A DNA stretch of 64,000 nucleotides from Mesotaenium endlicherianum (Eukaryota), in assembly GCA_009602735.1 (NCBI GenBank), contig WELA01003305.1:137752-201751 (forward strand). Direction: 5' to 3'. A model generated the notes under the pieces. It searched no databases, had not been told where the DNA came from, and saw nothing but the letters and a program-made list of their open reading frames with translations. This document shows, piece by piece, positions 1 through 12,918 of the stretch. Position numbers and translations under genes: made by a program. Positions within the stretch are counted from its first letter, which is position 1; each line of letters starts with the position of its first letter.

Positions 1-96
1 GGGGGGGGGAGGAGGCTTGGTTTTCTGCGGCATGGCCCTTTCTGGGATGAGCTCCCCAGGTTCTGAGCCTCCTGGATAGCCGTTGACACGTGGCAG

Positions 97-3000
97 ACAC
101 GCGGAGGGCGATCGACGTTGGGCGCATCGAGTTCCCGCAGGAGGGCACCGAGCATTACTTCGTCAACGTCGCCAGCTTACACCTGTCAGTGCCAGCAGGC
201 TCTGGGCACACTTGCCGCACTCGTCACTTGTTCTTGCCGGTCACCCGGTCACGTCAGTCACTGGCCCCGCCCCCCCATTCACTTACCGCACACGAGGCCC
301 ACGCCTGTTCTTGTGATCTAGGGGTAGGGTAGGATCTAAGGGAGCCAGGCGATCGGTCTGTCTCTCTTGCCCCATGACTCTCGTCACACTCGCCACTAGC
401 TTTGGTGCGAACTTTTACCCTGCTCTGATGCATTAAATCCGTGATTTTTATTGTAATGTTTATTGATGGCCTGTGTATGCACAAACGTGTGTGCATGATG
501 GACGTTTCGCAGAGCGGAGGAATAGTGCACGTGAGAGGAGCCTAGGCACAGGGAGATGCCAAGTGGCAGTGCAGCTCGCCATTGCCCTCCAGCTTACCCT
601 ATCGCTATGGCTGATGTCTGCTGCTTTCAAGGAGAGCTGCTGGGCAATTACAACCTGCCTGCGGGCTTGTGCGCGCTCAACCTGCCCACGTGTGTGCGTG
701 CCTGCATGCACGCTTCACGTACCCACCAACCTGCGTGCGTGCGTGCGTACGTGCGTGCTTGCGTGCTTGCATGCTTGTGCGCTCAACCTGCCTGAGTGCG
801 TGCGTCTGGGCTCTGCGCGGAGCACAGATGCACGCGCTCGACTTGCATGTGTGCGTGCTCAACCTACACACTCGCACGCACACTCAACGTGGCTACCTGC
901 GCTCTCAACCTGCCTGCCTGCCTGCCTCCTCAAGCTCTGTGCACGCGTGCTCAAACTGCCTGCGTGCGTGCCCAACCTAACTGCCTACCTGTCTATGTGC
1001 GTGCTCTGTGTGCGTGCATGCGTGCTCTGCGTGCGTGTGTGGCTGTGTGCGTGCGTGCTTGCAGCTCCGCAAAGGCCAGCCAGGAGGCGCTGAAGTTCAA
1101 GGCGCTCGGCGGCCTCTGCTACTTGCTCGGCACCGTACTCGCCTTCCAGGGCTTCCGCGACACCAGCATCAGAACGCGGGTGAGAGACGAGCGCGCCCAC
1201 GCAGCGCACGCGCGTGCGCACGCCCGCTTCTCCGTCTGTCCTTCTGGGTGCCCCGCTCTGTCTGTGTGGCTCCTTTGCACTCTTTGTGCCTGTGTAAAGT
1301 CAAAACACCTACCTCTCTCCCTTTGTCTCTCCCCCTCTCTTTTGAGAGTCGGGTGTCGGCAGCCTCATCCACTCGAGTGAGGGCTGCACTTGCAGCACCG
1401 CAGGATGGGAATGGGGACTTCTTGCCCACCACGCCTGCGCCCATGCCGCGTGCCACTTGCAGATGCATCTGCGGACTTCTGGCTCATCTTCGTGCAAGCC
1501 AGCACTGGCCCGCACTCCCTCCCTCCCTGCAGAGCAAGCCAGGAGAGGGAGCGAGTGCGACAGCGAGAGAGCAAGAGCGAGAGCCAAAGAGCGAGAGTGA
1601 GAAAGCAATAGAGCAAGAGAACGAGGGAGGAAATGGCTGGCCCACTCAGTGCGTGCCGGCTACGGGGGCGTGTAACGCTATGGGGGTGCAACAGGTGGAC
1701 GGAGGAGAGTGGGAGAGTGTTCGGCACCTGACCACGCTCGCAATTGCCAACGGGCAGTTCTTCGGAGGGGGCTTAAAAATTGCGCCCTCTGCCGGCGTTG
1801 ATTCCAGACGGCTTGAGGTTAGCTTCTCAACCGCTGCAACTCCTGTGTTGTAATTTAACTCTGCTCTGTTCTTGTAATTCACATCTATGTTGATGTTAGT
1901 TATGCGCGTACAGTATGCTTCGTATTTTGTGTTAACGCCTTCAAAGCACGTACCGTACACTCCTACATTTATGCTAGTGTATTAAAAAGGCGCGTACAGG
2001 CACACAAGCACACGCGGGGAATAGCGTGCAGCAAGAGACCACTTTCAAAACTGCGCTCCTCTGCCAAAAGTTCACTCAATTTTGCTGCTACTTGGCGCTG
2101 TTCCTCAGCGCAAAGGATCTAGGATCTGGGAGGGAGGGAGGGAGGCTTTAGTTGTGGGAGGCTCCTAGGCTTAAGTGTTTGGGTTTCTTGCGTGCGATGG
2201 TCAAGGTGCCAGTCACGGTGCGATTCACACTGTGAGGAGATAACAGTGGCCCAGTTGTCACAGCAGGCTTCCTCCCTCCCTTCATCTCAAGCTGCATATC
2301 TGCGCACGCCCCCTCTGCACAAGTGGAGAAACTCTGACGCGTGTGTGCAGGCGCCCACACGCGCGCACGCATGCACGAACATACGCTCGCACGCCCACAC
2401 GCACGCACGCACGCACGTAGCAGGGAGGCGGGCGTGGGCATTTGTCTGCGCTGAGTTTGTGCGGGGGGCTAGGCTTGGTACAAGGAGTAGGTGACCTTGG
2501 GAAGAAAAGAAAGCAGAGGAGTGTCGTGCGTTCGTAGGCCATGGGCAGCCATGGGCAGCGCTGCGAAGAGTGCCTCAGTTAGACCAAGTGTGGTCAGTCG
2601 TCTTGGGGAACCGATCATATTGGAGCCAGCGGCATACAGCGCGTGCCACGCAGTGGCCCAGTAACCACCCCTTCCTCATTTTACCGGGAACCAGCAGACT
2701 TCCAGGGAGAGGAGGCTGAGCAGGGGGGTGTGTTCCAGCTGGAGGCGCAGAGCTTGCCAGCTGGCACAGGCCTCTCCACCTCCCCTGCCAGTAAACTTGG
2801 TGGCGCTTGAAAGCACATATTTACACCTCCAAACGCATGCCTTCGTTGCATATGTGCATACATGCGTATACGTATATGCAAAGCAACATACATAGGAATA
2901 CACGCATATTACATTTATGTATATACGTACAGATGATTTTTCATCTCTCCGTCTGCATGTGTTTCTATATGGCTGAACTCGTATATTCATGGAAGAACAA

Positions 3001-4148
3001 GGAGCACCCCCTGGAAGAGTCACGCTGCTGCTCTGCTGCTACTGCTCTTATGAAGAGCCAGTCCTTCACCGCACTCAAACGCCCCCTTGCTCCCCCTCTT
3101 CTCTCTCGGGTCTGAAGACCCAAAAGCAAAATTGGTGGAGACGTTTGTGCGGTGCACTTTATATTGCTTTCTGTTCACGACTCGAGCGTCTTCTTCCTCC
3201 TCCTCTTATTCTCGTCCTGGGGGCTGCTTTTGTATTTGGGGGGCGAAACAGGTGGTGACGTTTGTGCGGTGGACGTGGTTCCGCTTCCTGGTCCACGTGT
3301 TGCGCTTCTTTGCGGGCACCCACTATGCCCTCCCAGGCTGCACCCACCAAAGGTGAGAGCCTGCCAGATTCAGCAGCCCAGAAGGCCCAGCTGTCTGTGC
3401 GCCTGGAGCCCTCCCGTCGTGACAGCTGGCAGAGGCACTGGCACTGGCGCTGGCAAGTCTCCTGGCCTTTAAGTTGACGCACGCGATTTGCGCTCCACGT
3501 TCCGCGCCCCGCAGAGTTTCGCCTGTCCCAGCAGATGGATGCCAGACAACCCTGTGCGTAAAATTGAGCTGTCTGAGAGGCAAGGGCTTTGATGAAATGC
3601 GTCTGCTGATGAGATGAGCCTGCTGGCATAAGCCTCGGGCTCTACATCTTGCCTGTCCTCTGGTCTCCTTAAGGCTCGGTGGGCAGGAGATCAAGCGTGA
3701 AGTATGTACGGACTGCTTCCATGTGTGCGCGCGCACATGTGTCTCTATCGCTCAGAATGTGTGTGTATGTGTGTGCGCGCGCGCGCGCGAGAGTGCGTAC
3801 GTGTGCCTGTGTACGTGTGTGTCTGTTTGTGTGATGTTGTAACTGTTTTGACTGTATGAGTGTTATGCGTACCTACAAATCTGCTCTCTCGCGTACCAGC
3901 GTACACGTGCAGTGAGTGTGCGTGTGTGCGCGCATGCATGTGCATCACTCTTGGTCTAGCTGGCTGCCCAGTCAACGACCTCAGTTGCGCATGTTTGTGT
4001 CTGAGTTGGCCGGTCCAGTGTGAGGCGAATACAAGTGGAGCCCACAGGCGACGCGCGAGACATACTGGTGGAGGCGGAAGGCCAGCTCGCTGGAAAGCTG
4101 CCAGCTGTCTTCACCGTGCTGCCCCAAGCCATCGACTTCCTTGTCTAG
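97..4148 (+). CDS. 3' part of a spliced sphingoid long-chain-base kinase 2-like / DAGK (YegS/BmrU) family lipid kinase; 5' exons lie upstream of the window
   Basis: Phase-compatible GT-AG exons 97-184, 1065-1179, 1695-1817, 3252-3352 and 4019-4148 (TAG). They join to ...IDVGRI..HYFVNVASLHLSAKA..LCYLLG..VDGGEWE..LAIANGQFFGGGLKIAP..LEVV..GTH..VLPQAIDFLV*, collinear with plant LCBK2-type proteins as I recall them. Confidence 0.85.
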
Positions 4149-7039
4149 AGAGCTTGGATGGCCGGGAGTTTGCTGTGATGCCACGAAACTTTCTCCACAA
4201 ATTTCTTTGCATGGTGAGGGGAAGATCTCTTGTTGCCCTGCACGCAAGTCCATGCTTGTCCGTGGCAGCCTTGTGAACCCCTTTCAAGGCTTCTGAATAG
4301 CGGTCGCTTTCCAGTTCGTTTCCCTGTTTACTAGTGACACTGTTAGAAATGATGAATATGGGAGGATGGGCCGACTTCTGAATAATCATTGACAGCATAG
4401 CCGTCTTACTGCAGCCTGTCTGCAGAAGTTCTCCAACGTGAACCATTTCTGCTCGACATATGATCATTAAATGAAAAGTCTTGTGGTCTTTCTTGAGATT
4501 GTTGGTTGAACAACCATCTTCTAGGTCCATGTCATGTGGAGCCCACAGACCTTCACAATTGCAGAAATATTGATGGATCGAGGAGAACTCAGCCAGAACG
4601 TAGCATGTGCATCAGCATGACTTGAGCTTTTGCAGTCGCTAACTATCTACATGCATAACGAGACAAGACATCTATCAGTCCAGAGTCAATTTCACTCTTG
4701 AATGCACGCGTACAAATAGTATGTGCCTTAACATAGACCTCCTCAAAATTGGTGAATGCAACACCTTCCAGAAGCCACATGCATGCCAAGATATTCAACT
4801 CACACAGGAGAGCCTTGCACAAAATAGGACATATGGGTCAGAAAATCATGGAATCTTAAGTCATGATATCTTAAGGCAAACCAATAATATACCACCCTAC
4901 CTCCTAAAATTGTAGCCAACTATATCGTCAAAAAAGTGACTAGCTAAATGCATTACCTCCTCCATATTTGTTTCATCCACACTTCCTGATACTGATTTAT
5001 AAACTCCTGCTTAGTAGGCTCTAGCAGCTTCACATTTAAAAAAAGCCCATATGGGCATAATAGGAAGCAAGTTCCATCATATGAAAGCCACCCAACTCGA
5101 TCAAGCCTTACGCAGAAGCAAAAGAGATGCCCGTGCAAAGTGATGACGCATAGGGCCGCCTACGAGAACCCTTCGGACCTACCTCATATCCAAACCTACA
5201 ATAGTGCCCACAACCCTTCCCTTCACAGAAAGGTCCACCACATCCGAATCTAGACAAAAATGAAACCTGAGAGACACGACATCAGGGCAGGTGCCAGTCT
5301 TCCTGGCGACAACGACGCGCGCGCGTGGCGAGATCTTATCAAGCGCGGTCCCAGGCAGCCCGGCCATCCTGCCGAGATGGATATTTATTGGCAAACAGAA
5401 TAGCAGCCCCTTCCCATCTATCTGACAGCAACAGTGCCAGCCACTCTAGACCACAGGCCCCTCTGTATACACAGCCACCGAATGCGACATGGTACGAAAA
5501 GCTCTACCGATACTACTTCCACTCTTTTTCCCTGTTTTGTTTTTCCCCCTTTCCCCAGGAATTTGCTACCCCACACAAGACAAATTCCTGACAATTCCAA
5601 CACCGACAGCTGTGCCAAGCCACGGGCCCCTCGCAAGGCTTAACGCACCACCACAACCACCACCCGCCGCCATCATCGGACGACGCACACAGCCCACCAG
5701 TACAATACAGGCGGATGATGATGCTGCTGCTGCTGATGGCAACAACGACGGCGTCGGCAGGAACAACGACCACAATAGCACTGGTCTGCCATCAGTCGTC
5801 GCATCACGTTACGTAAGACGCTAGCATCCCCATGGCATGCATGCCAGGAAATCGCGTCGAGCCTCATGCCGGCCCGGGCACGTCGGCTGAACGAGGAAGC
5901 TGGCTCTGTCCCGTTCATGTCAGCAGAATCATCCGGCTGCCACCCGCCTCGCCACCTGGCGCTGCCTGACGCGCCTCTGACCTCCACCGCTACCACGTAC
6001 CTCTTCACTGCTTCGTCAAAACTTCTTCTTCTCTCGACTAGCCCCTAGACAGGAAAACTGCTCTGGGCCACCTGTCTGCGCCTCAAACTGCCAGAGTCAG
6101 ACAACGAGGATGCCTCCTCAGCTCTGACCCCTGGCCTTTCCGTCCAGGTCAGCAGAGACGAAGCACTACTGGGCCTGGAAAGCCCTCTCTCTGCCTCCAG
6201 CCTCCTCCCTTCTTTCCTCCCTCCTCAGCCGCCAGAGCAGAGGGTACCAGAGCAGGAGCAAGCGGGAGATCCCCCGAGCCTATGCGCTGCCCACCTCCAA
6301 AGAAGGGTGGCTAAAAAGCAATCCATCTCCCTCCATATTAACTGGAGGCCACAGCGAACCCTGAGCCGGCACATTTCCTGCAAACAAGCTTCAGGGCCGC
6401 GTCCTCCCCGCGCACTGACGGCTGCCGGTTACTCTGAAGGCTTCTGCGTATGTACAGCAGAGTATACACCGCCAGCACCTCTTGCTGCTGCTATTGCAGC
6501 TGCTGCTGCCGTCGGCCCTCTTCTCTGACCAACGGCTTGGCAGACACGCCGCTGCTCCTCAGCACTCAGCGCGCAAACGGGCGCAGCAGAGTCGTGCAGC
6601 AGAGGCAGGTCCCAATCAAGGCCTCCGCCTACTGGGTGGACCCGAGTCGCCAGCCAAGGTCGTGCTCGCGCTTGCACTCGCGCTTGCGTGTGCGCCAAAG
6701 CCACAACCGCACGACGGGATGCACACTCCCTCCTCCTCCTCTCCTGCCAGATGAGTAAGACCTCATCTTCCTTTTCTGTCCTCCTCTGCTGCCAGGTGAG
6801 TGAGATTTCGAATCTACGTTCCGCGCGCACAGCCTGGCGTGGCTGGCGCAGGGTGCAAGCAGCTCGCTCTCTTGACCTATCTCCGGCTCCAAGCTCATCG
6901 AGCTGATGCACAAGGGTATGAGTACAGGCTATGCTACAACACACACTGGCCCGCCGGCACTCTCCGCCCGCCAGTTGACTCGCAGTTGACTCGCCAATCG
7001 ACTCCTCATGATCGTCATTGTCGAGGAAGGGACGCATAT

Positions 7040-7896
7040 CTACACGGAGCGCTGCGAGGACCTCGATTCCGAGGGCTGGCCGGTCGTCCAGAGCCTGACA
7101 CCTGGCCTGGGGGCAGGCATAGAAGTCTTGGGCACACTTGGCGGCCTGGGAGCCATCATCATGAAGTGGCTGCTGCTGGCTGGCGGCGGTGGCGTCACGA
7201 AGCCCTGCCCCTGCCCCTGCCCCTGCCCCTGCCCCTGTCGGCACATCTGCATGGGCTGCGGTTCTGAAGCTGGAGGGAATACGGCACTGCTAAGAGCCCC
7301 AGCTGCCCCACTGACTCCCCCATTGGCTCCCCCAAAGGCTCCGCCGCTCCCATTGGCACCGCTGGCAGCGGCGCCGCCCACGCCACCACTGGGGAGGCAC
7401 GAGGGGCTGCCCCTCTCGGCGGAGCAGAGCTTCTGGTAGAGAGGCACGTCCGGCAGGTGGTGACCGCCGCCGCCGCCGCTGCTGGCGCCGAGGGCGCTAC
7501 GGCCGGGCACCCCCATCTGGATGCCAGCTGGCGTGCCGCGGAAGCCCGGCAGCAGCTTCTCGCTGCCGGCGGTAGTGCACGGGGCAAAGGGGCCGCTGGC
7601 AACGGGCCGAGGGGCAGCCGGCACGAAGCGCGACGAGGCCGCAGTGCCCTGACAGGTGGCGGGCGCAAAGGCCGCCAGCGGCGGGCCAAAGGCGAGCAGC
7701 CACGTGTCGGAGATGACCTCGGCCGCCGTCGGCCGCGCCGCGGGGTCCATGGAGAGCATCCGCAGCACCAGGCGCTTGGCAGCTGTCGACACCGAGGACC
7801 ACGGGTCGGACGTCATGTCCAGCTGGCCCCGGCAGACGGAGGCGAACGTGAGCTCCGGGGTGTTGCCCCAGAATGGCAGGAAGCCTGCACGCGCAC

Positions 7897-7976
<80 letters not shown>

Positions 7977-7977
7977 N

Positions 7978-8012
<35 letters not shown>

Positions 8013-11000
8013 GGCGACGTGAGGCGGATCTTGACGAGGTGCATTCACAGACACACGAACACACAAGCACACGCGCGGCCAAACATGCACACAAGCACAG
8101 GCATGCACAGACGCACGTACCCACAGCCAGGCAAACACGCGCACGCACGCACGCACGCAGACACAGAAACAGAAACACGCAGGGCACATGCACACGCACA
8201 CACTGGTATGGTACTGCCCAGCGGCACAATTTTGGGCAGCTCATTTCGCACAACCACGACCACACCACCACTGCTACCAGCTACAAAAGACGACTAGGAT
8301 CAGCGAGAGCAGTTAAGAAGCGAAGTCACGATGGAATGCGGGGATGAGGCAACGGCAGCAGCACCAGAACAGGCAGGGCAAGGAGGCAGAGGAGGAGGAG
8401 CAGGCCTTGAGGAGGCTTACAATGCACAGCACAGAGGCAGGGAAGCAGGCAGGGCGGGAGCGAGGCAGGAGGGCACAGGGAGAGGGCGAGGCAGAAAAGA
8501 AGGCAGGGAGGGAGCGACCGAGCAAGGACGGGAAGCAGGCAGCAAGCGAGCGAGCGAGAGACGGAGGGAGAGGAGCAGGAGTGCCGTACCCGACAGCATG
8601 ATGAAGAGCAGCACCCCCAGGCTCCAGATGTCGGCGGGAAAGCCGTAGGGGTGCCCCCAGATGACCTCGGGGGCCATGTAAAAGGGGCTGCCGGCGAAGC
8701 CCTGCGCGCTCTTGCCGGGCGGGTACAGCACGGCCGCCAGCCCAAAGTCGGCGAGCTTGGCCTCCACGGTGGCGCCCACGCTGAGCAGAATGTTCTCGGG
8801 CTTGATGTCGCGGTGCACCACGCGCTTGCAGTGGCAGAAGTGCACAGCCGACGCCACCTTGCTGCAAACACATGCACGCACACATGCGCACACGCATGTC
8901 AGGAGGCACTCACGGAAGTGTGCTCGCGCAGCAGGGGCACACATCAGGACGGGCACAAGCGCACACACACACACACATGCACGCACATCAGGACGTGCGC
9001 AAGTGTAAGGGAGGGGGGACAGGCAGCAATGTCTGTCAGCAAAAAGCACTGATTGAGACCACGGGCAACAGCGAAGCACGACAAGGCGCAGGATGGAGGG
9101 TGGGGGAACGCGGGCGGGCCCTTCGGCCAGCAAAGAGCACACTTCTCAGCCTCCTTACTGACCGTTTCCACAAAGCAAGCAGACAAGATGGGGGGAGGGG
9201 GAAGAGACGGAGGGGGANNNNNNNNNNNNNNNNNNNNNNNNNNNNNNNNNNNNNNNNNNNNNNNNNNNNNNNNNNNNNNNNNNNNNNNNNNNNNNNNNNN
9301 NNNNNNNNNNNNNNNNNNNNNNNNNNNNNNNNNNNNNNNNNNNNNNNNNNNNNNNNNNNNNNNNNNNNNNNNNNNNNNNNNNNNNNNNNNNNNNNNNNNN
9401 NNNNNNNNNNNNNNNNNNNNNNNNNNNNNNNNNNNNNNNNNNNNNNNNNNNNNNNNNNNNNNNNNNNNNNNNNNNNNNNNNNNNNNNNNNNNNNNNNNNN
9501 NNNNNNNNNNNNNNNNNNNNNNNNNNNNNNNNNNNNNNNNNNNNNNNNNNNNNNNNNNNNNNNNNNNNNNNNNNNNNNNNNNNNNNNNNNNNNNNNNNNN
9601 NNNNNNNNNNNNNNNNNNNNNNNNNNNNNNNNNNNNNNNNNNNNNNNNNNNNNNNNNNNNNNNNNNNNNNNNNNNNNNNNNNNNNNNNNNNNNNNNNNNN
9701 NNNNNNNNNNNNNNNNNNNNNNNNNNNNNNNNNNNNNNNNNNNNNNNNNNNNNNNNNNNNNNNNNNNNNNNNNNNNNNNNNNNNNNNNNNNNNNNNNNNN
9801 NNNNNNNNNNNNNNNNNNNNNNNNNNNNNNNNNNNNNNNNNNNNNNNNNNNNNNNNNNNNNNNNNNNNNNNNNNNNNNNNNNNNNNNNNNNNNNNNNNNN
9901 NNNNNNNNNNNNNNNNNNNNNNNNNNNNNNNNNNNNNNNNNNNNNNNNNNNNNNNNNNNNNNNNNNNNNNNNNNNNNNNNNNNNNNNNNNNNNNNNNNNN
10001 NNNNNNNNNNNNNNNNNNNNNNNNNNNNNNNNNNNNNNNNNNNNNNNNNNNNNNNNNNNNNNNNNNNNNNNNNNNNNNNNNNNNNNNNNNNNNNNNNNNN
10101 NNNNNNNNNNNNNNNGGGGAGGGGGGGAGGAGGGGGGGAAGAGGGAGAGGGAGAGTCTAAACGTACCTACAGCAAGATGCAGCCTGAGGTGTGGAAAGGG
10201 GAGGGGGGATGAGAAGGGGAGCCACACATACCGGAAGATCCAGGCCGCCTCCGACTCCTTGAAGACCTTGGCGGACGTGATGAGGTCAAAGAGGTCCCCC
10301 CCGCGGCACACCTCCATGACCACGTGCACGCTGGCCGCGTCCTCGAAGATGGCCACATGGTCCACCAGGTTGGGGTGCCCTGCCAGGTACTCGGTCACGG
10401 CAATCTCCGTGCGCAGGCCATCCCTCTGCTGCGCGTTCTGCAGGCAGAGCAAATAAGCACAAGCACAGGCACACACACGCGCACGAGGGCAGGCACAAAG
10501 ACAAGGGGCTGTCAGCGGCTGGGCTACGCACCACAGAAGGGCGGCACAGAGGGAAGAGGCACACGGAGGAACGAGGCACACATACAGAGATGTAGGCCTG
10601 AGAGATGGCGGAGAAGGAGGAGGAAGAGGCCAGCCGCTGTTCCGGACAGAGAGAGAAGCCGCGCAGACAGGCAGGGCAGGCAAGGAAGGGAGCATCACAC
10701 AACGCACACTGCGGGCCCTGGCATACATGTCGGCGGTTTCGTTTTGGACAGCTGCTCCCGACGCACCTTGACAATGGACCAGCACGAGCACCCCCCCTGC
10801 AGGTAGGTAGGAGATATATATCTTCCACAATGCACCACTCACATGCAGACACGCAGACACACGGACACATAGACAGACCACACATGGTCGTGTCGAGCAG
10901 GCGGGTGGACCCCTGCCAGCCGCCACCTTGCGTGCACTGCTACTCCAAATTGGCGACCTGGAAGGCGCTAGACCAGCAACGGCTCCGCAAATCTCTTGCG

Positions 11001-12918
11001 CAGATCCCCACCAGTGTTGGCTTGAGAAAGCGCTTGCAACGAAAGATGCAGGAACGTTGGCGGGGATGTCAGAAGAGGTGTGTGTTTTTGTGTGTGTGTG
11101 TGTACCTGTGTGTGTGTGTATATGTGTATGTGTGTGTATGTGTGTGTGAGAGAGAGAGGGAGAGAGGGAGGGAGAGAGAGAGACTGGGTGTAACCTTAAG
11201 GCCGGCCTTGCGGACAGTCTTAACAGCAAACTTCTCGCCGGTGGAGCGCCGCACGCACGCGCGCACCACGCCGAACTGGCCCTTCCCCAGCACCTCGTCC
11301 TTCACCTCGTACTCCTCGTGGATGCTCCCCGTGGTGTAGGGTAGGATGGGGTTCTCCACCCCGCCCGCCACAGGGGCCGACTCGCCATCGGCTGTCTCCA
11401 CGCCCGCTGCTTGCACTGCGGGGCATGGACAGGGCACAGGAGGAGCCATTCATGGGCCACATCACCACGTCAGGATACATCGCCAGGTGCCATTGTACTA
11501 AGTTGCAAAGTGCCGGTGCTGAAGCGTTGGAGTGTTGGAAAGCATGCATGCTGGCGCCGACAACAGATGGGGAACAGATTCTCCGCTTGAGCTACCAGCA
11601 AAGATGTAGAGATGAGACAGGGATGCACAAACACCACCCGTCACGGCTACACCTTGCACCTTCCCAGCTGGGACATTCACCACACACCACCTACTAACAC
11701 ACCATTGCCTCATTGCCCGGCAATCATCCACCACCAGAAGCACCTGAAGCCCCTGAAGCACCTGCAAGCGGCATACTGGCTGGACACCATTGAACCACAC
11801 ACGCATCTACATCACCAAAAGTCCAAGAGTCTGGCAGACTGGGCAAGCAGGCAGGCAGCTAGGCAAGTAAGCAGCAGGACAGGCAGACAGGCAGACAAGG
11901 AGGGAGGGAGGAAGATAGTGAGGCAGAGAGACGAAGGGAGAAAGGCCGGCTGTGATGCAGACATTCAGAGAGGAGGGGAGGCAGGGAGAGAAAGAGGCAG
12001 GCAGGGAGGCAAGGGGGGAGGCGGTCTCACCAATTGTGGAGTTGCTTGAGTTGCTCCCCTGGGGTTTCACATCCCGCAGCCTGTCATATGGGAGGTAGGC
12101 ATACTGGTAGGAGGAACACGAGCTCTGACGAGCCTCTCCTTTGTGGCTGCTTGCCGGGTGCCCATCTGTGGCACCTGTCACGTCCGTTGCGGACGCCTCA
12201 GATGCTGCATCAAGAGATGTCAGACAAGGACAGCGCATGAGAGGAGTAAGAGGTGGAACCACCAAGCACATACTCACACTTGCACATGCGCCTCGACACA
12301 CTCCCCACGTATCTCAACAGTCTCATCACCCATCTGCAGCAGCATCAGCAGCAGCAGCAAGTCACTTATCATCCTACTCGGAAGCCGCCACCATCGCTCA
12401 CTCCTCCTCTCTCTAGAGGTCTCCTCACACATCTGCTGCAGCAGCAGCAAAACCAAGTCGTTTGTATCATCCTCTGAAGCCGCCGCCGTCACTTCATCAT
12501 TTCAAAGCAATCAAGAGAAGTAGCTGCAGGATGCACCAAATTCCAGATCCTCAAATTACACAGCATCCACCACATCTGCAGCAGCAAGAAGTAAACTGTA
12601 ACATCCTGTGAAACCGCCAGCGCCAACGCCGCCGCCACCGACACTTACTTCCTCTAGAGTCATCCCGAGAACAGGTCGCGGGGATGCATCAAATTCCAGG
12701 TCCCATCATGCAATGCATCCGGAGACGGTGCAAGAACAATGAGTGACATCTGTGAGTATGAAATAAAGAGTTGGAAGTTTGCAACTGGATCTGGCAAGAA
12801 GAACCATTTCCTTGGTAGCAGAGAGAACAGCCTCACCTAGGCGAGCACGCTTCCTTGCAGCCTCCTCCTCCATGCTGATGCCAGCCGCACGCTTCATCCC
12901 TGATGCGCCATTGGCCAT
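7040..12918 (-). CDS. Spliced CAMK-group Ser/Thr protein kinase (CDPK/PEPKR-like, no EF-hands seen)
   Basis: Exons on -: 12918-12837 and 12204-12031 (both tentative), 11415-11195 (LGKGQFG..FAVK), 10437-10232 (HPNLV..VMEVCRGGDLFD), 8861-8590 (HRDIKPEN, DFG, GSPFYMAPE, DIWSLGV) and 7884-7040 (PFWG..RPTAAEV plus low-complexity tail). Splice phases are consistent. The C-terminal tail may be spliced further. Confidence 0.85.
7899..8008. repeat. (AG)n microsatellite in the kinase intron; forms a (CT)n pyrimidine tract just before the acceptor
   Basis: About 55 AG units read directly, with one N. Confidence 0.95.
9218..10115. other. Assembly gap (N run) within a kinase intron
   Basis: Run of N. 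Confidence 0.99.

Noticed and set aside
473..1093. Cys/Val/Ala/Arg-rich ORFs, also common in 2100-2500, 3700-3950 and 8000-9100
   Set aside because: These are translations of (GCGT/GT/CA)n-rich intron sequence.
8872..11229. Long ORFs of 446-761 aa
   Set aside because: They are inflated by the N gap; only 10232-10437 and the short kinase exon overlap at 11195-11229 are real coding sequence.
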